In this document: positions 9,800 to 19,043 of the stretch, one piece after another
How positions within the stretch are numbered: the first letter of the stretch is position 1
Layout of the letters: the number at the start of each line of letters is the position of its first letter
Virus record (IMG/VR): IMGVR_UViG_3300042451_001197
Location: 32,001 to 96,000 of that record
Origin: a virus
Direction: 5' to 3' (one strand)
DNA length: 64,000 bases
Made by a program: the position numbers and the translations under genes
Notes under the pieces: model-generated
Database searches by the model: none
Told to the model about the DNA's origin: nothing
What the model saw: only the letters and a program-made list of their open reading frames with translations

Positions 9800-10768
9800 T
9801 TATTCTTCGTTTAATATATCAATAATAAAACCATCCTCATACGGTCTTTTTTGGTTATCTCCCTCATCCTTTGTATATTGAAATATGTCATCTAACATTT
9901 TTTGAATATTGTTTCTACCTATTTGAGATGTTAGAGCACTATCAAAGAAAATATCCTTATCAACATCAAAAGACCTTCTTCTTCTTTCATCTCCATACTT
10001 ATCAAGAACAAATTCTGCCAAATATTTAATTTTTTCTTCTTTACTTAAATTTTTATCAAATACAATTACACCATATTTAGTTATCGCACAACTTAAATCT
10101 GAAGATTGTATTAATTGTCTCCACATATTTTGAGCGGATTCAGATGCGTCAGATCCGGATTGTATAAATCCTTTATCATCCAACATTTTTCTATATACTT
10201 TAACACCTAAATTAAGACCTAAAAACGAGTAGGGTAACCCTCCAGGAAAATGGGTTCTATTTAATGTACCACTATCTAAATATAACTCAATGCCTGATAC
10301 TCCTTTAGGTAAATTCGAATAGTCTGACATATATCCATTTATGGCGACGTACATACTTTCAAGTTCATTACTAAATCTAAATGTTTTTAAAAAATGACCT
10401 TTATAGTGATAAATGTCTTGTATTTTATCATATAATTTATTAAATGCGGTACACATTGACATTATTTTTCTTGGAAAAATTACATAATAATGTCTATTGT
10501 ACTGGTATAATTTTAACTCCCTCCAATCAAGGTTTTTTATTGATTCTCTTATGTTATTGTACATTTCAGATAAAGATTCGACTAAACTATCAAACTTCAT
10601 CTGTTTTAGTTGAATCTTTTCACTTTCTTTTTTATTCTTCTCTTTAGCCTTCATTGATTTGACTAAATAATTTCCGGGTTGTCTGGACACTAGTTTGTTA
10701 ATCTTAATACCCATCTCCTTAACTTCGGATTCCTCTCTTAATATATTTTTAATAATATTATCAATCAT
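9800..10768 (-). CDS. xxE-leader protein, unknown function
   Basis: MIDNIIKNILREE; ATATTTATA upstream; possible GNAT-like segment GLNLGVKVY...QSGSDASESAQNMW. Confidence 0.65.
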   Translation of the reverse strand: MIDNIIKNILREESEVKEMGIKINKLVSRQPGNYLVKSMKAKEKNKKESEKIQLKQMKFDSLVESLSEMYNNIRESIKNLDWRELKLYQYNRHYYVIFPRKIMSMCTAFNKLYDKIQDIYHYKGHFLKTFRFSNELESMYVAINGYMSDYSNLPKGVSGIELYLDSGTLNRTHFPGGLPYSFLGLNLGVKVYRKMLDDKGFIQSGSDASESAQNMWRQLIQSSDLSCAITKYGVIVFDKNLSKEEKIKYLAEFVLDKYGDERRRRSFDVDKDIFFDSALTSQIGRNNIQKMLDDIFQYTKDEGDNQKRPYEDGFIIDILNEE

Positions 10769-11172
10769 AACTTATAAATATCTGTCTTATAGACATTCTT
10801 CACCATTTTATATAAGTTATTTTGAGTATGTTGGGAATATTCCCTAACATATATCTCAAGCTTATCTACTATTATCGGTATAAAGTAATCAAAATACTGA
10901 TATAAACTATCCATATTTGAGGTATCAAAACAAGTATTAAATTTACCGTAAGAATCGATATCACCGAAAAAAGCGGTCGAATTTCCTGATGGATAATGAA
11001 ATATCATCGCGGGTTCTTTAAAAAAAATCTCATAGTTATTGTTAACTACTAAAGTATAATTTAATGGATGGTAGTGGAGTTCTAAAATTTGTTTAACTGA
11101 CTTTAATAATTTCTCATTATAAAAGTTATTATTTTGTGGTAAAACTTTTATATTGTTTGTCAGTTCAAACAT
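10765..11172 (-). CDS. Hypothetical protein
   Basis: ORF track. Confidence 0.55.
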   Translation of the reverse strand: MFELTNNIKVLPQNNNFYNEKLLKSVKQILELHYHPLNYTLVVNNNYEIFFKEPAMIFHYPSGNSTAFFGDIDSYGKFNTCFDTSNMDSLYQYFDYFIPIIVDKLEIYVREYSQHTQNNLYKMVKNVYKTDIYKL

Positions 11173-11178
11173 ATTTTT

Positions 11179-11514
11179 TTAAATTTTAATTAAAGTAACT
11201 CCATAAACTTCTAATTCCCACTCCGACCCATATTCTGTAAGACCTAAACCAAACATACTATCAAGAGAATTAAATAAATTCCTTCTAATATCATAAGGAA
11301 ATCTATTGTGTATATCTTCTAAATTACCATTAGATCTATTAAATGGGTCGACTACCACACAAATAACATTTCTTGTAATTGACTTGTCGTCTGATGCTAA
11401 ATATACACCTTGTTCTTTAAACGACACACTAATAACATTTAAGTCTGAAAATTCATTTAATATAAAATTTTCAATAATTTTCTCTAATTTAGATTCTGTT
11501 AAAAGGTATTTCAT
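11179..11514 (-). CDS. ITE-leader protein
   Basis: MKYLLTESKLEKII. Confidence 0.65.
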   Translation of the reverse strand: MKYLLTESKLEKIIENFILNEFSDLNVISVSFKEQGVYLASDDKSITRNVICVVVDPFNRSNGNLEDIHNRFPYDIRRNLFNSLDSMFGLGLTEYGSEWELEVYGVTLIKI

Positions 11515-12333
11515 TTAAGATAAATATTGTGAAATTCTGTTTTGGGCAAATTCCACATAACTTTCCTGTATTTCAAAACCTATAAAATTTCTCTTTATCT
11601 CTTTACAAGCGACCCCTGTTGTTCCAGCACCCATAAACGGGTCTAAAACCAAATCACCTTCCTTTGTAGATCCTTTAATGAAATATTTTACAAACTCTAC
11701 AGGATATACCGCCACGTGATTATCCACAATTTTTTTTGATTCTGAAGATATGTTAACAAGTGTTGTTGGTAATGCCCCTAACGGATTTGGTGCCCAATCT
11801 TTATATTCTTTTAAATCATCATCACCTTCATTTCTAGAATATCTTTTTTTGAGTGGTTTTTTCATTCTATTTATTGAAACTTCAGAATAAGGTGTTCTCA
11901 TAGAATCAATATCAAAATAAAATCCTTTTTGTTTTGCAAACCAAAATATATACTCAACCCTATCACCAAATCTACTTCTATTTGGTAGACCTTTCATTTT
12001 ATTCCAAAACAATCTCTCAAATAATTTAAGATTTGATTCTTTATGTAATCTTGAGATTAAATCGAATACATATGGATGTCTAAACCCATCTTCTACTTTA
12101 TCGTTAATGTTAAGAATGAAAGAGCCCGTTGGTTTTAAAACTCTACATATCTCAACACAATAAGGAATAAACCAATCAACATAATCATCTGCTAATATAC
12201 CTTTAAAATCGATATATGTTTTCATATCGGCATAAGGTGGTGATGTTATGACAAGATCAATAGAATTGTCAGGTAATTCTTTTAATAAATTTAATGAATC
12301 TCCTTGGTATATTTTATTTAAATCAAACTTCAT
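11515..12333 (-). CDS. DNA methyltransferase, beta class (likely N4-cytosine)
   Basis: IDLVITSPPY precedes VLDPFMGAGTT and FIGFEI; H.A.YP; start corrected to MKFDLNK. Confidence 0.92.
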   Translation of the reverse strand: MKFDLNKIYQGDSLNLLKELPDNSIDLVITSPPYADMKTYIDFKGILADDYVDWFIPYCVEICRVLKPTGSFILNINDKVEDGFRHPYVFDLISRLHKESNLKLFERLFWNKMKGLPNRSRFGDRVEYIFWFAKQKGFYFDIDSMRTPYSEVSINRMKKPLKKRYSRNEGDDDLKEYKDWAPNPLGALPTTLVNISSESKKIVDNHVAVYPVEFVKYFIKGSTKEGDLVLDPFMGAGTTGVACKEIKRNFIGFEIQESYVEFAQNRISQYLS

Positions 12334-12375
12334 TAGATAAAATATAACTAAGATATATTTAAATGTCAAAAGTTA

Positions 12376-12870
12376 TTATTCTTCTATAGAACCAACACTA
12401 ATTCTTATACCTATTTTGGTTCTAATCTCTTCATCAAAATACTCATTAATACAATCAACAACTTCACCTTCAACTTCCCAACCGTAATCCTCATTACTTA
12501 AAGCGTCATCTAGTGACATTTGGTCATCTCCCTGAATATTCACCATACCATTTTTAGTATCAACTTTACAATCAACCAAGAAATCATTTTCGTTATGAAC
12601 ACTTTTTATTTTTGTTGTAAAAGTAAAATCATATGAACTATGATTACTTGGTTTTATATGATGTTCTTTACTAAGAAATTCACGAACCTCTTTTATTGCT
12701 TTATCCTTTCCAATATATTCAAATAACATATATTCTATATCAGATTCACTAATACCATTTTTCGCAGTATCAAAAAAATTTTTAAAACTTCTATCATAAC
12801 CAGGTCCTGCGGTATCCCAATACTTAAAGAAAAGTTTTTTATAAAAAGGTTTAACTTTGTTCTCTTCCAT
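12376..12870 (-). CDS. Hypothetical acidic protein
   Basis: TATTTATA upstream. Confidence 0.6.
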   Translation of the reverse strand: MEENKVKPFYKKLFFKYWDTAGPGYDRSFKNFFDTAKNGISESDIEYMLFEYIGKDKAIKEVREFLSKEHHIKPSNHSSYDFTFTTKIKSVHNENDFLVDCKVDTKNGMVNIQGDDQMSLDDALSNEDYGWEVEGEVVDCINEYFDEEIRTKIGIRISVGSIEE

Positions 12871-12880
12871 AATTTATAAA

Positions 12881-12932
12881 TATAAATAAATTAACTATTT
12901 ATTTATATTTATAAATAAATTAACTATTTATT
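12881..12932. repeat. 23-bp direct repeat in divergent intergenic region
   Basis: TATAAATAAATTAACTATTTATT at 12881 and 12910. Confidence 0.7.
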
Positions 12933-12936
12933 ACAT

Positions 12937-13290
12937 ATGAAATACTTAATATCAGAAAATAAATTGGACAATCTAATATATGATTATGTTGTTGATATGT
13001 TTATGAACAATGAAGAGGGTGAGTTAAATTTTACTTACGATTATGATGAAGATGGTAATGAGACTGACGACGCAATTCAATTTTATTTTAGTGATTATGG
13101 TGAAGACTATGAAGCGTTTCGTTGGTATTCGGAAGAATATTTTGATGATGGTTGTGAAAGGTGTCCCATTGTAGAGTTAAGTCGTGAATTAAAGGATAAT
13201 TTGGATTCAATGTTTTCCGATAAATGGGAAAGTCAGTTTAAAAAATGGATGAATAATGAATTTAACATTTACGTTAAAACTATTCAGTAA
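12937..13290 (+). CDS. ITE-leader acidic protein (distant member of the 21-27 kb family)
   Basis: MKYLISENKLDNLIYDY...SMFS..W...FKKW. Confidence 0.65.
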   Translation: MKYLISENKLDNLIYDYVVDMFMNNEEGELNFTYDYDEDGNETDDAIQFYFSDYGEDYEAFRWYSEEYFDDGCERCPIVELSRELKDNLDSMFSDKWESQFKKWMNNEFNIYVKTIQ

Positions 13291-13292
13291 AA

Positions 13293-13610
13293 TTATCTTC
13301 TTTTAAAATACAATGAAGGTTCATAACCCGTAAGTTTATAATATTCTCTAGGGTCATATAATTTGGCGGAACAAAATTGTTGTTCAAGAGCGTTAAGATA
13401 ATCGTCAATATAATAATTTATTGCGTCCTGAACCGTCTCGTCTTCAGATTCACTTAAATAATCTTCAATATCTTCATCGGTAATTAAAAATTCTTCAACC
13501 TTTTCTACAGGATTTTTACGATTAGGACATTTAATTACAGCAATAAATTTATGACCAGATAATTCTTCCATTATTAATTTATGTTGTGATTCAGTTATTA
13601 TTATTTTCAT
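13293..13610 (-). CDS. ITE-leader protein
   Basis: MKIIITESQHKLIMEE. Confidence 0.65.
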   Translation of the reverse strand: MKIIITESQHKLIMEELSGHKFIAVIKCPNRKNPVEKVEEFLITDEDIEDYLSESEDETVQDAINYYIDDYLNALEQQFCSAKLYDPREYYKLTGYEPSLYFKRR

Positions 13611-13611
13611 A

Positions 13612-13971
13612 CTATTTCAAATTCATAAGCTTAACACCAACCGTATTCCCAAAAGACCTTGTATCTACGCCAATATTGGATAACATATCTTTAATTTCAT
13701 TTGATAATATGCTATGATGGAATCCATCAAGTTTCTTTTTTATTTTATATTCATCATTATAGTTAAATGTTCGAGGTAAAGGAATGTCAGTATAAACCTC
13801 AACAATCCAATTATAATATTCATCGTCATTAGCGTGTCTTGATTTTATTTCAAACTCATAATCAAAATCTATGTCGGTTACTTTTTTAAGATAAGAATTA
13901 ATTACGTTATTAATTGTTTTTCCAAATACAACGTCAAATGACTTATTTCCAAAATACGAATGTAATCCCAT
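13612..13971 (-). CDS. Hypothetical protein
   Basis: TATTTAT upstream. Confidence 0.55.
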   Translation of the reverse strand: MGLHSYFGNKSFDVVFGKTINNVINSYLKKVTDIDFDYEFEIKSRHANDDEYYNWIVEVYTDIPLPRTFNYNDEYKIKKKLDGFHHSILSNEIKDMLSNIGVDTRSFGNTVGVKLMNLK

Positions 13972-13983
13972 AACAATAAATAT

Positions 13984-14307
13984 TTACACGGCTTTAATAA
14001 AATCGATATCAATCTCGAATTTATATTCTACAAATTTTTTAAAAATTGGAATCCAATGTTCGCTAAATAAACCATTCATAGTATCAATAAAATTGGTATC
14101 ATAAATCTCAAGTACGTTATCACCTGAATTATTATAATCTCTCGAATAATAAAAAACATCGGTATAATCACCACTTGTATCTATAACAAATAAATTATCT
14201 TCAAATTCCTCATCCTCCTCGGTATAAAGTTCATCCCAGTTATAATACTCCTCAATATATTTTAAAATAGAATCGTTTAATCTGTTTTCGGTTATAATGT
14301 ACTTCAT
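13984..14307 (-). CDS. ITE-leader acidic protein (start corrected)
   Basis: MKYIITENRLNDSILKYI; similar to 12937 ORF. Confidence 0.65.
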   Translation of the reverse strand: MKYIITENRLNDSILKYIEEYYNWDELYTEEDEEFEDNLFVIDTSGDYTDVFYYSRDYNNSGDNVLEIYDTNFIDTMNGLFSEHWIPIFKKFVEYKFEIDIDFIKAV

Positions 14308-14320
14308 AATAATAAATATT

Positions 14321-15826
14321 TTAGATTCCGGCAATTTTATCATAAACTACCGAGCCAATGTATTCCATTTGGTCTTTGAAATTGTCGGAACTACAACCTC
14401 CTTCAAAAATTTCATAATATAACCTTTCATACAAAGTATTAATAACATTATATTTGTCTACTTTTTTTCCTGTGAAATGTCTAATTTCGTTATTTATTAA
14501 ATCTTTATTAAAAAAATTATTATTAACTTCATTAAAAAAACATTTTTTAAATCCTTCAATCATTTCTTTTTGTTTTTTTCCAAGTTCGTCTTCAAGTGTT
14601 TTTATATGTTCATTAAATTTTTCGTCATAATCATCTTCATCACCATCCAAAAGTTGTTGAATGCTATAAGTAATTTCACGCATCATATCAGATTCCGCCA
14701 TATTATAAAAATCCTTAGAAATTTTATCAATATTTTCCACAAAAACTTTTTTAATTCCTTCGGTTACCTCATTAAGAAAGTCGTCATTAAAAATACCAAT
14801 TCTTTCAGGACTATCGGCGTATAGTTTTTCATTTAAACAATAAAACCCTTCTTTACCAACACCATTAATTTCACTTAAAATATTATCAACCGTTTGTTTA
14901 AATTCAGGTCTTCCTTGACCATACATTTGTTCATCAGATACCAAAATAAAATCATTTTTATTTTGTTCATTAATATATGGTTTAATGTTTAAAACTGAAA
15001 TGGGGTTTTTAATGTCCTTATCATTTTTATTAATTAAATATGAAACCAATGAACCTTCCTTAACATCTTCAATAATGTATTTAACGTTTTGACCTCTTTC
15101 TTTTCTACTTTCAATCTCTCTTTCTAATTTATCGATTTTTTTTGATACGGCCGCGGCATCGTCAAATTTTTTCTTCATTCCATCAAAATCAATATCTTCA
15201 CCACGACTTAATTTTTCATAATTTTGTTTTCTTAAAATATCTTCGGTATCTGGATTATTTTTAATTAAATCCTCATATTCTTTTTTTAACTTTTGAACTC
15301 TCTGTGATGATTCGTGACCCATTGTCATACAATTTGTCCAATTTCTATCTGTGTCCGAACCAGCAATATCATAAGGGTGTCTTGAAATAACAACCAATAA
15401 ACCTCCAGAGTCAGATGTTAAAGCTTTCCTTGATTCATCCGAAACAAATTTTTTCATTAAGTTATCGGCTTTCATTCTTGTTAAAGCTTTACCAATTGTT
15501 GTCGTATTTTTTGATTCACCAAATTTTACAATACCCTTAATATAATCCAATACCTGATATCCATTTTGTTTTAAAAAATCCTCAACCTCTTTTTGTATTG
15601 GTGATACAGGACCTTCTTTTTTTCCTTCAACCAAAGGAATATAAATTCTATAATAATTTTTATCGTGGTCGTATTTATCTCCCAAGGTTTTAAATATCTC
15701 AGAATATCTTTCTCTATTAAATTCTTTAACGTAAGGTCTATATTGTGATGGGGTTAATGCCTCATCAATATTATATAACGATAAAATATGTTTTTTTTCT
15801 TCTTCTGTAATTAGAAATTTTCCCAT
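14321..15826 (-). CDS. Large ITE-leader protein, unknown function
   Basis: MGKFLITEEEKKHILSLYNIDE; ISRHPYDIAG..T.R.W..CM motif. Confidence 0.7.
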   Translation of the reverse strand: MGKFLITEEEKKHILSLYNIDEALTPSQYRPYVKEFNRERYSEIFKTLGDKYDHDKNYYRIYIPLVEGKKEGPVSPIQKEVEDFLKQNGYQVLDYIKGIVKFGESKNTTTIGKALTRMKADNLMKKFVSDESRKALTSDSGGLLVVISRHPYDIAGSDTDRNWTNCMTMGHESSQRVQKLKKEYEDLIKNNPDTEDILRKQNYEKLSRGEDIDFDGMKKKFDDAAAVSKKIDKLEREIESRKERGQNVKYIIEDVKEGSLVSYLINKNDKDIKNPISVLNIKPYINEQNKNDFILVSDEQMYGQGRPEFKQTVDNILSEINGVGKEGFYCLNEKLYADSPERIGIFNDDFLNEVTEGIKKVFVENIDKISKDFYNMAESDMMREITYSIQQLLDGDEDDYDEKFNEHIKTLEDELGKKQKEMIEGFKKCFFNEVNNNFFNKDLINNEIRHFTGKKVDKYNVINTLYERLYYEIFEGGCSSDNFKDQMEYIGSVVYDKIAGI

Positions 15827-15848
15827 AATAATAAATATAATAAAAAAT

Positions 15849-15878
15849 AAAAAACCCCACCTGTATATGAAGGTGGGG
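15849..15878 (-). terminator. Intrinsic terminator, copy 1 of 3
   Basis: Minus strand CCCCACCT...AGGTGGGG-TTTTTT. Confidence 0.8.
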
Positions 15879-15900
15879 ACATATTAAATTATTTTTTTAT

Positions 15901-16362
15901 TTAAACATCATTAAAACTTGATAATATACTATTTGTAATTTTAAGAGCCTGAGATTCATTTCCTGATATATCTAATTGTCCTCTTTTACCATATTTGTCT
16001 TTATAAAAGAAAAATATCCCACTTTGTGTTTTAGTAAATCTAATGGAGGCAAATTCATCAGGAGTACCATTTACAAATACTGACCATTGTAATGGTTTAT
16101 TATAATCCCAACATCTTGTATCTCTAGTAACATCACCAACTTCCTTTACATTAACTTTTATTGACGACGCATAAAATTCGTTATTTGGATTTGGTTTCCA
16201 ATGAGGAAATTTATTAGATATATTACCGCAATCAAAACCCTTTAAAAAATTGGATAATGATTTTACTGAAGATGGTAAAGTGGAAGATTGTTCTTCATTT
16301 ATAACTCTTTTAATGAGTTTTACTAAATCAGATTCAGTTAATCTTATAACTCTTTTTTTCAT
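15901..16362 (-). CDS. RLTESDL-leader protein
   Basis: MKKRVIRLTESDLVKLIKRVINEEQ. Confidence 0.7.
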   Translation of the reverse strand: MKKRVIRLTESDLVKLIKRVINEEQSSTLPSSVKSLSNFLKGFDCGNISNKFPHWKPNPNNEFYASSIKVNVKEVGDVTRDTRCWDYNKPLQWSVFVNGTPDEFASIRFTKTQSGIFFFYKDKYGKRGQLDISGNESQALKITNSILSSFNDV

Positions 16363-16462
16363 AATATTATTTTTATATATAAATATATCGTAATCTCAAA
16401 AAAAAAGGGGGCGGGGGGATTGAGATCGAACGAAGTGAGTTCGGTCGGTTCGGGGTTACGAA

Positions 16463-16741
16463 TTAACATCGTCTATCAAAATACAACTCAGTTATCTCAA
16501 CATAAAACATATCTTGCAGTTCCTTCATTGTTCCCTTATAATCAAATCCTTCAATGTCATAAAAATGGGGATGAAGGTCATCCATCATATAATATAAAAA
16601 TCTTCTTTCATAGTCATTAAAAGAATTAAATTTACAACGGTTAACATATTTGGCCGATTCCTTAAAAGCCTCCTCAACCAAATCATACCTTCTCAATAAC
16701 CACATTCGATTACTTTGTGATTCTGTTATAATGAATTTCAT
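16463..16741 (-). CDS. ITE-leader protein
   Basis: MKFIITESQSNRMWLLRRY. Confidence 0.65.
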   Translation of the reverse strand: MKFIITESQSNRMWLLRRYDLVEEAFKESAKYVNRCKFNSFNDYERRFLYYMMDDLHPHFYDIEGFDYKGTMKELQDMFYVEITELYFDRRC

Positions 16742-16764
16742 ATAGATAAATATATTAACAAATA

Positions 16765-16792
16765 AAAAACCCCACCTATATAAGATGGGGGG
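16765..16792 (-). terminator. Intrinsic terminator, copy 2 of 3
   Basis: Plus strand AAAAACCCCACCTATATAAGATGGGG. Confidence 0.75.
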
Positions 16793-16813
16793 ATTTAATT
16801 AATATCTAATTTA

Positions 16814-17236
16814 TTATTTTTGGTATTCAGTTGCCGAAAATACGGAAAAAAATTCAGTTAAATCGTCTTTAACTTTTTGAGCGTTATCAAATGATATTGG
16901 TATACTTGTTAAACTATTAAAGTTATATCCTCTATTTTTCCACCATATTTTAATTTCAGGTGTTTTAATTTGAGCTTCTATTGAAATCTCAGGTTTAACA
17001 TTATTAATTGATACCGAATATAAATAATTTGGTGATGTAAACCAATTTAACGCTTGAGCATTTTTCTGTTCTGGATAATTATATTTAAAGTCACGTAATG
17101 TTGGTTTTGGTTTTACGGTCATCATAACTTTAACAAAATTTTCCCATAAAAGATTGTTATCTGTAGATTGTTCTTTAATCACCCTTTTAACCAGTTTTAT
17201 CAAATCGGACTCAGTTAATCTTATAGTTTTTTTCAT
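16814..17236 (-). CDS. RLTESDL-leader protein
   Basis: MKKTIRLTESDLIKLVKRVIKEQ; body unlike 15901 ORF. Confidence 0.7.
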   Translation of the reverse strand: MKKTIRLTESDLIKLVKRVIKEQSTDNNLLWENFVKVMMTVKPKPTLRDFKYNYPEQKNAQALNWFTSPNYLYSVSINNVKPEISIEAQIKTPEIKIWWKNRGYNFNSLTSIPISFDNAQKVKDDLTEFFSVFSATEYQK

Positions 17237-17270
17237 AATAATATTTTTATATATAAATATATTAAAAAAT

Positions 17271-17300
17271 AAAAAACCCCACCTGTATAAGAGAGTGGGG
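17271..17300 (-). terminator. Intrinsic terminator, copy 3 of 3
   Basis: Plus strand AAAAAACCCCACCTGTATAAGAGAGTGGGG. Confidence 0.75.
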
Positions 17301-17317
17301 ATTTAATAATAAATACA

Positions 17318-17596
17318 TTATTGATTATCCCTATATATGTTTCTAATATACTCTTGAAAATGGTCATCAATAAAAGACATTAAATCATCCCTATCAATCT
17401 CATTCCAATGTAATCCTTCCTTATCTCCCAAAAATACATTCTTATAAACCAAATCTTTAATATCATTATAGAATTCATCCTCATCGTAATACATATCAGG
17501 ATTACTTGATAAATTATCAATTAGTTTTTTAATCTGACCATATCTTCTTTTATATATAAGGTCATTAAATTGTCTTTCGTTAATAATAATTTTCAT
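17318..17596 (-). CDS. INE-leader protein
   Basis: MKIIINERQFNDLIYKRRY. Confidence 0.65.
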   Translation of the reverse strand: MKIIINERQFNDLIYKRRYGQIKKLIDNLSSNPDMYYDEDEFYNDIKDLVYKNVFLGDKEGLHWNEIDRDDLMSFIDDHFQEYIRNIYRDNQ

Positions 17597-18034
17597 ATTC
17601 TTATTTTAATCATAAATACAAATATAAGAATTTCCTTAAAATTTTTCCAGAATTTTTTTTTCAGTTTTACACGCCTTTAGAAATATGGGGGATTTTTCTT
17701 AAAAATTTTTTCCAGATTTTTTTTACATATACTTTGCAAAAGGGATTAAGGCGGGTTTTTACAAGTCAAAATGTCATATATAGGGGGGGATACGGGGGAG
17801 GGAGGGGGTATACCCCCATATACCCCCACTCAGAGGGGAGGTATGTCATACTATTTGGTCTTTTAACCCCCCTACCAATTAGGTCTTCTTATAAGTAAGA
17901 TATGGGGGTGATGTAATTACAATGACATAACCAAATAAACTTATCAACATATAATCCACCATGCCAAATATTGTTAATAAGTTATAATGTTAATAACTAT
18001 TAATACATTTTTATTTGGTGGGGGAGAATAAAGT
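17597..18034. other. Non-coding divergence region, candidate replication origin or packaging site
   Basis: Two AAAATTTTTCCAGA(A)TTTTTTT repeats, G7-G5-G3-G5 tract, GGGGGTATACCCCC palindrome, DnaA-box-like TTATCAACA/TGTTAATAA copies. Confidence 0.45.
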
Positions 18035-18049
18035 TTGTATCTTTGTTAT

Positions 18050-18454
18050 ATGAAAAGTTCTACTAAACTAAACACCTTAACTAATAAACAATTAACGAAG
18101 GTACTGAAAAGTTCCCTTCAGTATTGTATGGTTACATTTGGGGTTAATAAAAGAAAGAGAACTACTCTTGGTATTAAGATATATGGTAACATGCTTGGGG
18201 ATAAGAGATGTGCTGGTTGTTATGACCCCATTGATAATAGTATATCATTATTTCTTAATGCTAATAAAACCGTTGGGGAGTTACTAAGAACATTTGTTCA
18301 CGAGTATACACATTATCTTCAACCTTGTAGAACTAAGTATATGGAACTGCTTAATACTCACGGGTATGATAATCATCCATTTGAGATTGAGGCATATTCT
18401 GTTGAGAAGAAGTATGGGAGAAAGTTATTAAACGTTATTAAAAAAGAAGTGTAA
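18050..18454 (+). CDS. Zincin-like metallopeptidase, paralogue 1 (start corrected)
   Basis: FVHEYTHYLQ...YDNHPFEIEA. Confidence 0.7.
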   Translation: MKSSTKLNTLTNKQLTKVLKSSLQYCMVTFGVNKRKRTTLGIKIYGNMLGDKRCAGCYDPIDNSISLFLNANKTVGELLRTFVHEYTHYLQPCRTKYMELLNTHGYDNHPFEIEAYSVEKKYGRKLLNVIKKEV

Positions 18455-18467
18455 TATTATCTTTAAT

Positions 18468-18680
18468 AAATTTGTTTATGTCAAAATAATTTAGTATCTT
18501 TGTATTGTCGGTGGTGATAACCGAGACGGGTTCGATGGGGGTTCTTATCGCAGAGGGTATACTCCTTCACGCCCCAACTTTTATTTTACATATATAAGCA
18601 GGGTGGAGTATACTCGGTCCCCATCTTTAACAAATGATTACAATACAAAGGTATGAAAAAAAAATGACATAAACAAATTT
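18468..18680. ncRNA. Putative structured small RNA flanked by convergent host-type promoters
   Basis: 16-bp terminal inverted repeat AAATTTGTTTATGTCA; TA(T/C)CTTTGTATTGT on both strands; inner stems GATGGGG/CCCCATC and GGGTATACTCC/GGAGTATACTC; no ORF. Confidence 0.55.
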
Positions 18681-18713
18681 TTTTATTTACAAATTATTTC
18701 GTATCTTTGTATT

Positions 18714-19043
18714 ATGGAAGATGTTGTAATCAGAATGGGAGTTAAATATCTTAAATCAAAAAGATTTAATGTTAATCAGCAATATGGATTTTACAAATTC
18801 TATGAATCTATAAACCATAATGAAATTGAGTTAAGTAAGAGTTGTTCATTCATTGATATCTATTCTTCCATATATAATGAACTTAAATATATATTATCTA
18901 CGGATGATGATACTATTAAGGTTATTGTAAAATCATTTCTTTCAGATAGTCTTTCAATACCGATGGATGAATTAACTGATACAATAGTTTGTTTTCCATT
19001 CAACATATCACTTTCAGGAACATCCTTTACAATTAATGGATAA
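18714..19043 (+). CDS. Hypothetical protein
   Basis: TATCTTTG-TATT-ATG. Confidence 0.6.
   Translation: MEDVVIRMGVKYLKSKRFNVNQQYGFYKFYESINHNEIELSKSCSFIDIYSSIYNELKYILSTDDDTIKVIVKSFLSDSLSIPMDELTDTIVCFPFNISLSGTSFTING

Noticed and set aside
11515-12333. Restriction-modification system
   Set aside because: No adjacent endonuclease recognised; looks like an orphan protective methyltransferase
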